A stretch of DNA of 64,000 nt, from the NCBI GenBank assembly GCA_034780895.1, contig JAUZTB010000076.1, positions 20,135,273 to 20,199,272 of the forward strand, given 5' to 3'. This DNA comes from Rhynchobatus australiae (lineage: Eukaryota). The notes beneath the pieces are model-generated. The model saw only the letters and a program-made list of their open reading frames with translations. It had not been told where the DNA came from and did no database searches. Numbering within the stretch: the stretch's first letter is position 1; the number at the start of each line of letters is the position of its first letter. Shown piece after piece: positions 41,016-52,129 of this stretch. The translations under genes and the position numbers were made by a program.

Positions 41016-41217
41016 TGTTACGAACCAGCAACAAAAGAAACACATCGAGTCGTATATAAGTGTTAAAATCTATTTTGTTAATAACTACTGATGNNNNNNN
41101 NNNNNNNNNNNNNNNNNNNNNNNNNNNNNNNNNNNNNNNNNNNNNNNNNNNNNNNNNNNNNNNNNNNNNNNNNNNNNNNNNNNNNNNNNNNNNCCAATAG
41201 TAACCTAGTCCGTAACA
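41016..41217 (-). mobile_element. Solo LTR with 4-bp target-site duplication
   Basis: TGTTACG...CGTAACA flanked by AGCG (41012-41015) and AGTG (41218-41221), one CpG-type difference. Contains an N-gap. Confidence 0.8.
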
Positions 41218-42029
41218 AGTGGGAGATGATGACCAAGGAGGCCAGTGCCAGAAGTAAGTCACCAAGAATTTGGGTTTGATGCCAGGAGATAGCTTATTGA
41301 TTTTGCACATTTGGTGAAGATCAATGAATGTTACAGCAAATTCCATTTGCCAATAGCTGCATTCTCAAAGTGCTGTGTATTTTACACTTTATCTTACAAC
41401 CATCTTTGCTAGCCACCTTCATACCTACCAACGTGTTTACCACACTTCCATTTCAAGCAGGGGAAGGTAGCACACAACTGATGTCAGCAGCAGCATGACT
41501 GCCTGCTCAATGGCCTAGCGAAGGGATGTTGCTATACTTTGGGAGGCCACTACAATGCATGTGGCTAGTGATTAGTACATAGATAATTGAGAGATGATGG
41601 AATGCTCGTATCTAGTCTTCGTACTCACTTCTCCCTTATGCCAAAAGTCTTTTCTGGGACACAAGATCTGAATGGTTTATAACTGCTCCTCTCATGTCAT
41701 CATGCCTTTTTAATTTCAGATAATGGAGATCTTCCAGGGCTCAACTTATAGTAGGAAGACATTGAAGACTGAAACCACAACTCACTTCAATACTTGCTCT
41801 ACTGATACTCTGCAGATAGCATTGTGTAGCTGATGTATTCTTTGTCATCGGATTGCTAGGCAGCCAAACATCACTTAGCAGGTCAGGCAGCATCTATGGA
41901 AGGAGAAACAAAGCTAGCAGTTCAGACAAAGACCCTTCATCAGACATGATAATGCTCTAAACTGAAAAGTTTAGATTNNNGTAATGTAACCTGTGAATGT
42001 AACTTAACTTTTTGCAGTTTACTTGAGGT

Positions 42030-42741
42030 TGTCTCAGATTAGTCAAGGCATTTGAAGTGCTGCATAATCAACTTCACTAGGATCTTCATAGCTTTGTGCT
42101 TTCGCTTTTGGAGACCAATTGGGATTCTGGAGCTAGGGGATGACCCTTGACCTTAAGAATCATCTTTTGGTCTGGTGTGGCAGCTTAAGTATGGCAGAAT
42201 AGTAGATTGCCTCAAAATTAAGGAATATTGGGCATTTCCTCAGTCTGTGACTTGGTCCATGGTTTTCACCAGCATAATTTTTTGATAATTTTCCTTACTG
42301 TTCATGAACTGTTAAGGATTCCAGTATGGAGCCCATAAAGGTACATGCATTCTATCATTCCTTGAATTGCAAGTTGAGGCATGCATCAACTGCTGCTTGA
42401 AATGATCTGGAAACAAATTATTTAGGGTAATGGTATGTTCCCTACCAAAAATCCAGGTGTGGCTCCATGATTGGAACTTTGCCTCTGGTGAGTAACAAAT
42501 CGAATTGACCACTTCCTTTCAAAATTTTAGTTTCTGGAAACATTGCTTCTCTGACAGGTGGTGATGAACATTTCTCCTGGAAGATGCTCTAGGCCGGAAC
42601 CCTTTCACCTTTGGCTTCTGGCGAGGCAGATTTACTTTCAGGTCCTCTCCTCCTGCCTCCATCATCCTGGTGACCTGATAGGAAAATAACTGAAGATCCT
42701 AGAGGTGAAAAAATTGCTTTCTGCGTTTTGGTCTTTACCAT
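42030..42741 (-). pseudogene. Unit 3: overlapping X / P-like genes
   Basis: The ATG at 42741 opens a 50-aa frame containing DGGRRRGPE (BoDV-1 X PGGRRRSPD). An overlapping frame from ATG 42665 reads MMEAGGEDLK..RPR..GREH..ENYQKIMLVKTM (P: LEDEEDPQ..RPR..GREQ..ENIKILDRSMKTM). RVIP*L near the end (RIYPQL). Confidence 0.7.
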
Positions 42742-44229
42742 AATTCATAATAATACTTTCAGGACGATTCATTAACCAAGTTGATCAAAACTCCTCCAGC
42801 TTTATCATAACTTAAATAATTGAAGATCTCTTTAGGTAGTGCAGGTGTGTGTGTGTTGGGCGGGATGGAGTTGGCGGGTGGAAGTGGTGGTGTTCCAGCT
42901 CCAACCACATGTCTTGTTAATGTTCATATAAAGTGTTAAAGGGAGGTGTTAAACCGGCATTGTTCAAGGATTGGTGAGACCAGCACTTTGCACTGCACAA
43001 TTCAGTTTAACTAGTGGCAGGCTACAAAGTTGTGATTGTGGTTGAAAATTAAGCTGAGTTACCTGAAATAATCTGGAAGCTAAGTGTGCAGTGTTGGAGT
43101 TTTTCGGCATTCAATAATCAGAAACTGAAACAAGGGCAAATGTTGGAAATCTGAGACAAAAACAGAAAACAATGGAAATCCTCAGCAGGTCAAGCAGCAT
43201 CTATGGGGAAAGAGAGAGAAAAAACAAGTTTCAGATCTAAAACCTTGTCTTCAGAACACATTACTGAGTACTTCATTTGCTTGAACTTACATAAAATTTA
43301 GAATTTTAACATTCACAGGGTAGTGTTTTTAATGTACAGGTGACATGTAGATATTGCATAGTATAGCCAATCCTAAAGAGCTCAGTGCCCAGTATNNNNN
43401 NNNNNNNNNNNNNNNNNNNNNNNNNNNNNNNNNNNNNNNNNNNATTCACCTGTTTATGAAAAACACCAGTCTTCAAAGATTTTAATAAATTGATTTGTCA
43501 CAAATATTGACTGCAACAGTTCCGTGGAGTTTAGTGGGTTAGTTCAGAGGCATTTCATTACTTAGTCCAGACTCCTTGTTAATAGACATAATTTTAGTTC
43601 TTGTCAATGTACTGGTGATCAATGCTAATAAAGATCAGTACATATACTTTTAATAATATTGCTTAATAGGAATTATCACATCAAGGAAGTGAATATTTAT
43701 CATGAGATGTTTCTCTGAAGGGGGTTTTGGCTGTATTTCAGAACAAGTATGTGGAATGTTATTGTTGTGCTTTTTTGGGTGATTTTTAAATTGTTTTTAA
43801 TGTGGTTCCAACCTAGCCTTTGAATATTGGACTTCAAAGTGTGATGTGCAGTTTTTGTGTGTCTGAAGAGTCTGAGATGGATGACTGGGGGTGGGACAAG
43901 AGATTTGCTTCAGTGAAACAGCCTTCAGGGTGTATGGTTTTATTTGCAGACAATGAAGACATGGAGGTAATTCAAGGGGAAGGTCATAGCCCTGCCTCCA
44001 AAAGGCTTGTCAACATCAAAGAAAACCAATTATTTATTTTTTTTGGGTAATTTTTCAGAAGCAGTATTCAGTTTCAAGGGATAAAACAAAAAGGAGGAGG
44101 CAGTGGACTGCAAATACAAATATGTTGTGAGATTGTGGAGAACCAAATCTGAACTTGTCACTGTAGTGTCAGGGCTGCTAATCTCCTGGTACTGCTTGCC
44201 CAAGTGGACAAATCAGCTGACCTTGCACA

Positions 44230-46680
44230 ATAACAGGTATACTGAATTAAATATTTTTCTTGCACTTGCAAATTTTTCTTCCACTTGACATGAAGGAAGC
44301 AGCAGGGACCAAAGTTTTGGTAGCAAGCAATCAGTAAAATGATGAAAGTTGTCATGGAACATCACAATTTATTAACCCAATGGGAAAAGAGAGGATTCAG
44401 GCCAATTCTCAGCTCACAAGAGTCATCTCCATTATGTGGTGTTGTAAACTGAGGAACTGCCTTCTCTTCCCTCATTCATACTTTCATTTTGGTGGGGTTA
44501 AATGTTGGAAGAAGTTACACATCCAGCAATTCTGTTGAAGCACCCAAGATATAGTGATGTAACCAATTAGTTATTGGGTCAGAGAAATCACTGGATTTGA
44601 ATTTGTTGAACACAATATTGACAAAGAGAAAGTGACTTATGTCTTTGTCAAGCGAGGAAGGAACTTAAGGGGCTCAGGAGAGCAAGAAGGGAACCCGAAA
44701 AGGCTTTGGCGAGTAGGGTTAAGGAGAATCCCATGGCCTTTTTCTCGTACGTGAAGAGCAGAAGGATGGCTAGAGTAAAGGTAGGACCAATTAAAGACAA
44801 AAGTGGGAGGATGTGCCTGGAAGCTGTGGAAGTTGGTGAGGTTCTCAATGAATACTTCTCTTCAGNNNNNNNNNNNNNNNNNNNNNNNNNNNNNNNNGTC
44901 AGAGGGAGGTTTTTCACCCAGAGAGTGGTTGGGGCATGGAATGCGCTGCCTGGGGTGGTGGTGGAGGCTGATACATTGGTCAAGTTCAAGAGCTTGTTGG
45001 ATAGGCATATGGAGGAATTTAAGATAGAGGGATATGTGGGAGGAAGGTGTTAGATAGTCTTAGGTGTAGTTTTGAAAGGTGGCACAACATGGTGGGCCAA
45101 AGGGCCTGTATTGTGCTGTATTGTTCTATGGTTGTAAGAGTAATGTTCATATTCATGTGGAATAAAGGTAGGGTGCAATATATTATGTTGTTGTATATTA
45201 ATTTAATGCGATAAATGGTGAATGATATTTTTATTATGGGATCTTAAAAAATAAAACTTGATCCTAAGGGGGAATAACAAGGTAGATGTTGAGATGTTTT
45301 CACTGGGGGGGGGAGTCTTGACTGAAGGGACATAGTTTCAAGGTAAGGGGCTAGTCATTTAAAATGGAGGTGTGTAGAAACATCTTTTCTCAGAGGGTGG
45401 TGAATCTCTGGAATTCTCTGCCCCAGAGAGTTTTGGAGGGTAGATTATTAGGAGTATTTAAAGTGGAGGTAGATAAACTTTTGAAAAATTGGGGAATAGG
45501 GAGCTATAGGGAACTGCCACCGAAGAGGAGTTAAGGTGCACATCAGCCACAATTGATGGCAGGACAGGCTTGAGGGACCAGGTGGCCTATTCATACTGTT
45601 TTTTTGTTTACTTGTTTAATTATTGGGAGAGGGGGACATTTTTGTACACTTGTACAGAATAGTTTGTGCACAAGGTTTTAAATTGTCTGTCACTTGTCAA
45701 ACTATCTGCCTCTGATTCCATTATTGAAAGGAAAAGAATGAATAAGTTTGTCTATTTTTTGTTTAAATTGACATACAATTACTTGCCTCATTAGCAATAA
45801 TTATCAGTGCTGTCTTACATTTCTGTCACAATATAGCAGATTCTGTTGTTGTACTTGTTAATTAAAATCATTCCATAAGTATTTTGCTACTTCAAAATAA
45901 ATATTGTGATGTCAAAGAAAAGTAGTTCTAGTTGGGTTGTAACTTCATGCAAGAAGAGTGATTTTAAAAAATTGAGCATACTTCATAGTTTGGAGCATAT
46001 CCATTGAAAAGAAACACGTTCTTTTATCCCAATTGTGATATAAAATTTATCACTTGAAGATATGAAAATATGCCCAGATCTTTTTCTTGTTTGTCTCATT
46101 CTCTTGTGTTTACTTGCATGCTATTGTGCATATAGTTTCTGTCCCATTCCCTTTTACTTTTGTTCTACATTTATGGATTGTTGCTGTCAACTGTAGGAAT
46201 GAAAGTGACCAGAGTCACATTTATTCTACACAGCAGTTTATACATGGCAACATATTCAAATGTTTCATCATGAAGTCACGTAGCTAAGTGTTCCATACTA
46301 GTGCTGTGGGAGCAATCTGCCTTGGATCTGATGTATATAAAACCTTGAATAGCCATAAAATTTAATACTTCATCTTTCAAGATGATGCTTTTCCGTGTCT
46401 GAAAATCAGTGTGTACCAGCTTTTAGTGTATTAACAAATCTTTCTGATATTAGGAATGCATTGCATTGACACTTTTCAAAACATATTGTAAATATTTTAA
46501 ACATATCTTTTAATCTGAACTTTGTAAAATGTACCTAATGTATCTGGTAAATAATCAAGGTGAGATGAGTGATATACCTCTTTATTTTTCTGTCTCACTA
46601 TTGAGAAAAGATCATTCCATTAATCAGTTGTAACATAATGCAAAACACAAATAAAATGTCACCTTTATTGGGAAATAAAG
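44230..46680 (-). pseudogene. Unit 3: second G paralog (Vp2-like), split by CR1 inserts at about 44.65-45.6 kb
   Basis: Signal-like ILFVFCIMLQLING; DTLGTFYKVQIKRY (STPGLIDLEIRRL); ETFEY..NVTLV (DPFEC..NVTVA); NLVHKL ~45.67k (YLVHKL); SDPITN..LLPT..LRIGLNPL and TM-like MTTFIILLIACY at 44.6-44.3k (TDPINH..LLPY..HIGLPSFAFLNPL). Confidence 0.7.
44648..45600 (+). mobile_element. Two CR1 fragments (younger 44648-45132 with gap; older about 45265-45600)
   Basis: LASRVKENPMAFFSYVKSRRMARVKVGPIKD and RGRFFTQRVVGAWNALPGVVVEA; second tail FFSQRVVNLWNSLPQR. Confidence 0.9.
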
Positions 46681-46749
46681 TATTAAATAACTTCACTGTA
46701 ATAACTTGCTATTCCCACAGGTGTAAGGAAATTCCTGTACAGACACTTC

Positions 46750-49100
46750 TATTTGTGATAAACTTGCACAGTGTAGAATATTTTAACATATTTAAGCTTA
46801 TGGATTTTTAATGATGCAAAATAAATATGGGAAGAAATAAGTTATTAATCTAGGCATTTAATTAGGGCAAATTTGATGCTCTCTGAGAGAGAGATTTCCA
46901 CACCATTATCATGGGTAGATTATAACCAAAAATACTATTAACTGCACATTTATATTCTAGGTCTAAGATGCCCTATTTGGCTTGGAGACATTTTTTTAAT
47001 TGGAATCTTTGCAAGTGAGGAAGAGAGCTTGGTACATGTGGTTTTATCTGCAGTTTTTGAGGAAATAAAAGTACCGCTAAAGTACAATACAGCTTGTGCA
47101 AATGAGGCACCATTAAGTTGGATGACTGGCTCATTGTAGAAACACCAACAGCGGATGGCTCTTAGAGCAAAAAATGAACTGCAGACGAACTCAGCAGGTC
47201 AAGCAGCATCTGTGGAGGTAAAGGGATAGTCAATGTTTTGGATTGAGACCCTGCATCAGGACAGTTTATTTATTGGTACATATTCCAGCATCTGCATTCT
47301 CTTGTGCCTGCAGCTGATAGGTCCTTTCTCTGCATGTTTGGTGGAACTGCTGACAACTGTTACAGTGTGGTAGTAAGTGCATATATGTTATAATGTTATT
47401 AAGTAAAGAACCTGTTGGTAGTGTAATATGCTACTATAACATGTGCAATCTGTAGTTTAACATACAGCATTTAATTAAAAAAAACATTTTGAGGTCTTAT
47501 AGTCATTTTTTATCCAAACACTATTCTATAAATTGCAGCAAAAAAGCAAACTGCTGGAGGGAGCATCTGTGGATGGAAATAGACAATCGATATTTCAGGT
47601 TGAGACCGTTTGTCTGGTCCCGAAAACATTAACAGTCTATTTCCCTCCACAGATGCTGCCTGACCCACTGAGTTCCTCCAGCATTTTTTTTGCTCCAGGA
47701 TTCAGCATCTGCAGTCCCTTGTCACTATTCTATAAACAGAAAACATGAAATACTAACTTGAAGTGATCCAATATATGGAGGCTGTTAAAAAATTCAATCC
47801 CTCAACTGAAGTACAGCCTCCAACTCTATGACCTCTATATTAAAAAAGGTTACATGGCACTTCCATAACAAAGACATTAATATTTGCAAACATCATTTCA
47901 TCTGTTTGGAGCCAAAGAGAACATTCTTGTAATTAAAAGTAGGGAATGGCATTGGTTTGACTGCTAATTCATGCATGCATACAGAAAGAATGCAATGAGA
48001 AGTTGCCACAATATTTAATAAATACTATTTTTTCAGAGTACACTGACATCTTGCTAATACAGGTTACAAAAAGATAGCTATTCCTGACCATGGCAGGTAT
48101 TGTGTAACATATTGGGATACTGATATTTTACATTTTGCTTGCAGAGAAGTAGAACAAAGCTCACTTTCCTAATGTTGTTAAATTGTATTTATGTGCCATT
48201 TTCTTCATAAAGTACATGTCTTTTTTTGCTCTGATACCTTCTAAATTATGTGCCTGTTGTCCAATGCTTGTATAATTTTGTTGTCTGCAGCTGTGGTGTC
48301 TGAAAGTATTATGGTGTTTCTTAAGTGCTTTNNNNNNNNNNNNNNNNNNNNNNNNNTGTGTGTTTTGAATGCTGTTTTTCACAGGTATCAAATGGGTAGC
48401 TTGGTTGAAAGGACCATCTGGTTAAGTTGTGCAGTAACCCACAGACCTTGGGCAGACTTGCACAATAAAAATAATACAGTACACATGTGCTGCCTAGTAA
48501 CCCCTATATTCAGTTATTAAGCAGTTACAGCAGTCACTACTCGGCTCAAATTTCATTTTCTTTTTTAAAAACTGGCAAAAGCTATGTAATAGTTTATATT
48601 TGACTCTGTGCCATTTGACTGCAGGTATGAACCCTCTGAGTATTGAACACCATGCAATTTATATTCATTGGTCCTGATTTGATTTTCAGTAACATCTGTG
48701 CAGGTCATCATAGGCCCAGCAATATACTTTTATTTTAATTGCATTAAGCTGCTGAATTTACCATTAGTATGACCATAAAAAGCTATTCATCTCAATTATA
48801 CAAACTTGTCATTGCCACAGAACTTAACTATGTCAAGTATTAAAATGAACAATTACTTTGCGCTAACAAGTCCATTCATCCCTTGATGCATCAGCTTGAA
48901 TGTTTATTTTATTTCATAGTGGCATTTCACTGCTATCTCCAGATTTGATTCTTAAAATGCTTCAGAAAATATCTTTGTTTATTGGGAACTTTTAACATTA
49001 CTATTGAGTAAAACTAAATGGTTTCAGATGAAAGGTATTCCTCCAACAATTGTACATACAACTATTATGATATGAAAGCTGCTCAAAACCAAAAACTGTT
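46750..49100 (-). pseudogene. Unit 3: first G paralog (Vp1-like)
   Basis: Hydrophobic N-terminus FHIIIVVCTIVGG; GPMMTCT..YSEGSYL (PFMYCS..LSDGSTL); basic site RAKKD followed by MKKMAHK (RRRRD..IEYLVHK); SVSQYVTQYL ([10 protein letters not shown]); FPTFNY (YPPVDY). Confidence 0.65.
47533..47722. repeat. Short self-complementary Penelope-derived repeat with 14-bp TSD; related copies at about 18835, 30855, 37765, 41875, 43140, 47165, 54500
   Basis: agatgctgcctgacccactgagttcctccagc core and its inverse. cactattctataaa is duplicated at 47519-47532 and 47723-47736. Confidence 0.7.
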
Positions 49101-49249
49101 TTCATGCTACCTTTAACTATCATTTATGACAGAACAGAACTAGTGGAGGATAAAATAGTTACAGGAAAACCATCTTGAAATCATAGAGAACCAAATGAAA
49201 TATGTGAAAATTGGCACATAACTTATGGATTTCCTCATTTTTTTTGCTA

Positions 49250-52074
49250 TAATATGAATCTAATATTGATCATAAGCCATGTAGTTGAAATAAATGTCAG
49301 CTATTTGGTGTTTGTTGGTTTCTTGGTCCCTGTCGTTCTTATTGATTTAATTATAGATCACTAATTTTGTTTGAGAAGAGCTTGCACTAACAAGTGTGCC
49401 TTATTCTCTGACCAAGTAGCAGTGAACTAGCGTGGAGCATCATAGTGTTTCAACATTAGCTTCCCAAAGTTACCTTGATGTGGTGGTCCTCACAGGTAAG
49501 TGCATGATCTCGATACTCCTGTGTACTAGCTGATATTCATCTTGTATGATGTCACCATTGAAAAACCCAGGCTTTGGTCTTCATTTGAATATACCCTGAT
49601 CTGATCATTAATGTGGTGGGAAAAGAGAGCTCTCATTTTCTCAGTTACAATACATTTGTGTAATGGGCATTGTGATAAAGGAAAAATTAATTATGTTCAG
49701 GAATGAGACATTATCAGTTGTATTCTCAAATATTAAATCAGGAAGGTTGGAGAATAACAGTTAATGCAAAAAGGATAAGACTAAGCACTTTACAGAAGAA
49801 TAATTGAAACTAAATAAAGCAAATGAAGGAGCTATTGTCAAAAGTTTTGGATCCATGTTTTATGAATGGAGTTAGAGAGTGTGGGGCCTAAGTAGTAAAT
49901 GGGCAGGAGATACAGGAGGCAAATAGGATATATGGACCCTGGCTGCCAACAAAGTCTAATATTGATGGAGTTGAGATATATAGCATCAAAAGGAATGAAT
50001 GAGGATTATGAGCAGTAGGCTGAGGCGAGGCGGAACTTGGTGCTACTGTAGAGGTAGTAATTTTGTAGCAGGTATGAATTACAAGCTCAGTGTTCAGTAG
50101 TATAAGACAGTGAATTTACAAATAATAGGATTCAATTTGAGGCAGTGTTCTGGAAGAGGAATAGAATTGGTGCCAAAGATGGAGGTTCCAGAGAAAGGTG
50201 AAGAAAATTGGTTTCATCTTTACAGTGTTCAAATGTCAAGTAGCAATACAGAAAAAGAGTTTCTGAATCATCCTCTAAGTTGGTTCAGGTCTCCATCTAA
50301 GTCTAAACCTGTCATACCTTTGTACACCTCAGTCAAGTATCCTCCATAATGTGTGTTTAAGGAAGAATAACTGAAATATATTTTGAAACTAAATTAGTAG
50401 CCAGACAGAATTATAGTTAACAAGTAGAACTAACTGGTTGAAAACTATTTATTTACTTAGTAACGAAGATAGGCATGGTAGAGCTAATGATATGTTGATG
50501 CTGAAGCAAACAAAAGCAGTTTGAAACCACAGATTTCAAGCACATCTACAGAAAGTGTCTGCAGCTCAGTGAACTTCAACTCAAAGTTGATGAATTGGAA
50601 TTTGACAATTTGAATCCTGCTGGAATCAGTGACCTGGTTAACCATATCTAAGGTCGCAGATAGGTTTTCAACTTGATAGTTTGGGAAATGTTCAGTGAAG
50701 GGAATTTCAGAAAGTTGAGGAGAATGGGCATGCTGATAATGCAGGGTAGCAACATGGGTATTGGTAACCAGAGTGTGACAAGAAGGGACAGTATACCTGG
50801 AATTAGTCAGAGTAGGGAAACTGGATTTACGAAAGGGAGATTGATGCAGAGAAGGGGGAGGGGTGAAGGAAAATGTCTGTGATAGTATGGAGACAGAGAG
50901 GCTGAATGACACAAGTGGTGTTGGTGACACCCAAGAGTGCATTAAAGCTTAATGCAACTAGAAGGAGATGAATTAGAGCAGAGGTGAACAGGGGTAAAAA
51001 AAGGAATATGCTGGAACTGTAAGCTATAGACCACTGCAGATGGTGGAAATCTGATGTGAACCACAGTGCTGAAAATCTGCTGCAGACCAACCAGGCAGCA
51101 TTTGTCGAAAGAGAAACTTGAATTAATGCTACATGTTGCTGACCCTTCATTAGAACTGGCCAGTTCTAATGCAAACTGGAAAGGCTTGCTATCTGAAATT
51201 GTTGAACTTTGTGGTGAAGTTCATTGAGGGAATAATTTGGTCATTTTCAGGTTGGGACACTGTGATAAGTTACACTGCAGAGATAGGTACTAAAGGCCTA
51301 GTTATTCACAGTCTATATCAATGATTTTGATGAAGGGGCTAAGTGTAAAATGGTCAGGTTTGCTGATGATGGAAAGCTACATGGTGGTATGAGTTGTGAG
51401 AAGGATAAAGGGAGGCTTAAAGGGGATATAGGCAGTTTAGGGCTATGCATATAGAATGTGTGAGAAAACTATAAGGTTGTCCACTTTGGTAGAAAAGATA
51501 GGAAAGCAGAGTACTTTTTAAATGGTGGGTGCTTAAAGTGTATTGACATTTGCAGGGACCTGGGTGTCCTTATGCATTAATCACTGGAAACTGACATGCA
51601 GGTACGTCAAAAAGTTATGAAGGCAAAAAGATTTTGAGTACAAAATTAAGGATACCCTACTACAATTATACAGAGCCCTGGTGAGACTGCACCTGTAGGA
51701 TTATATACAGGTCTAGTCTCCCTATGTATGGAATGTTATACAGGTGGTAGTAGGAATGCAAGAAACATATACCAGATTGAGTCATGCGATGTGAATTGTC
51801 CTGTGAGGAGAGACTAAAAAGACTGCCTATATGGTCTAGAATTTAGAAGAATGTGAGGTGATCTCATTGAAATATACAAAAAAAATTGTTGGGTCACTGC
51901 AGGCTGGTGATATGATTAATTGACTAGGTCTCTTGTTCCTGATTGATAAGTCAGGATTGGAAGTGTGTGTGATGGTCTCCACTGTTGTACAGTTCGATGA
52001 CTCTTGCTGCTGAATTTCATGAGTATGTCTGCTTAGTTGAGATCCTAGAGTACATCATGTGCCTGTGAAGCCAT
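49250..52074 (-). pseudogene. Unit 3: bornavirus-like nucleoprotein N, fragmented by LINE remnants
   Basis: Starts MASQ at 52074. WRPSHTLPIL (YEPPASLPKL); at 50.7-50.5k IVKF..FTELQTLSV (TAKF..LTELEISSI); at 49.6k HINDQIRVYSNEDQSLGFSMVTSY ([24 protein letters not shown]) and LKHYDA (IRHPDA). Confidence 0.75.
51240..51880 (+). mobile_element. Degenerate CR1 RT fragment inserted in unit-3 N
   Basis: LFTVYINDFDEG..VRFADDGKL..RDLGVL..YRALVRLHL..GDLIEIYK. Confidence 0.8.
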
Positions 52075-52129
52075 AGCTTGGCATGACTCAATGGTAAATA
52101 TTGCGTGGAAAAAATCGATAGAGTAATAT

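Larger units (their letters stand above)
38880..41870 (-). pseudogene. Unit 3: glycoprotein G, interrupted by a solo LTR and a 1.6-kb CR1
   Basis: SWHQTQILGDLLLALASLVIISRYSFITDLEDIQD ([35 protein letters not shown]), with the frame continuous once the LTR and one TSD are removed. GIIPRLLQY (GVKPRRIRY). STFNSVATG..GWLQ beyond the CR1 (SNITSTDTG..GWLR). Confidence 0.8.

Noticed and set aside
42030-42590. Rhabdovirus-like matrix protein (LDFW*GTY..)
   Set aside because: The resemblance is superficial. The X-like GGRRR motif, P-like overlapping frame, and a bornavirus-type M after G fit X/P better.
42589-42675. Terminal exon of a nested antisense host gene (ttttcctatcag acceptor)
   Set aside because: The frame continues upstream through the acceptor to an ATG and is explained by viral X/P. 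No partner exons found.
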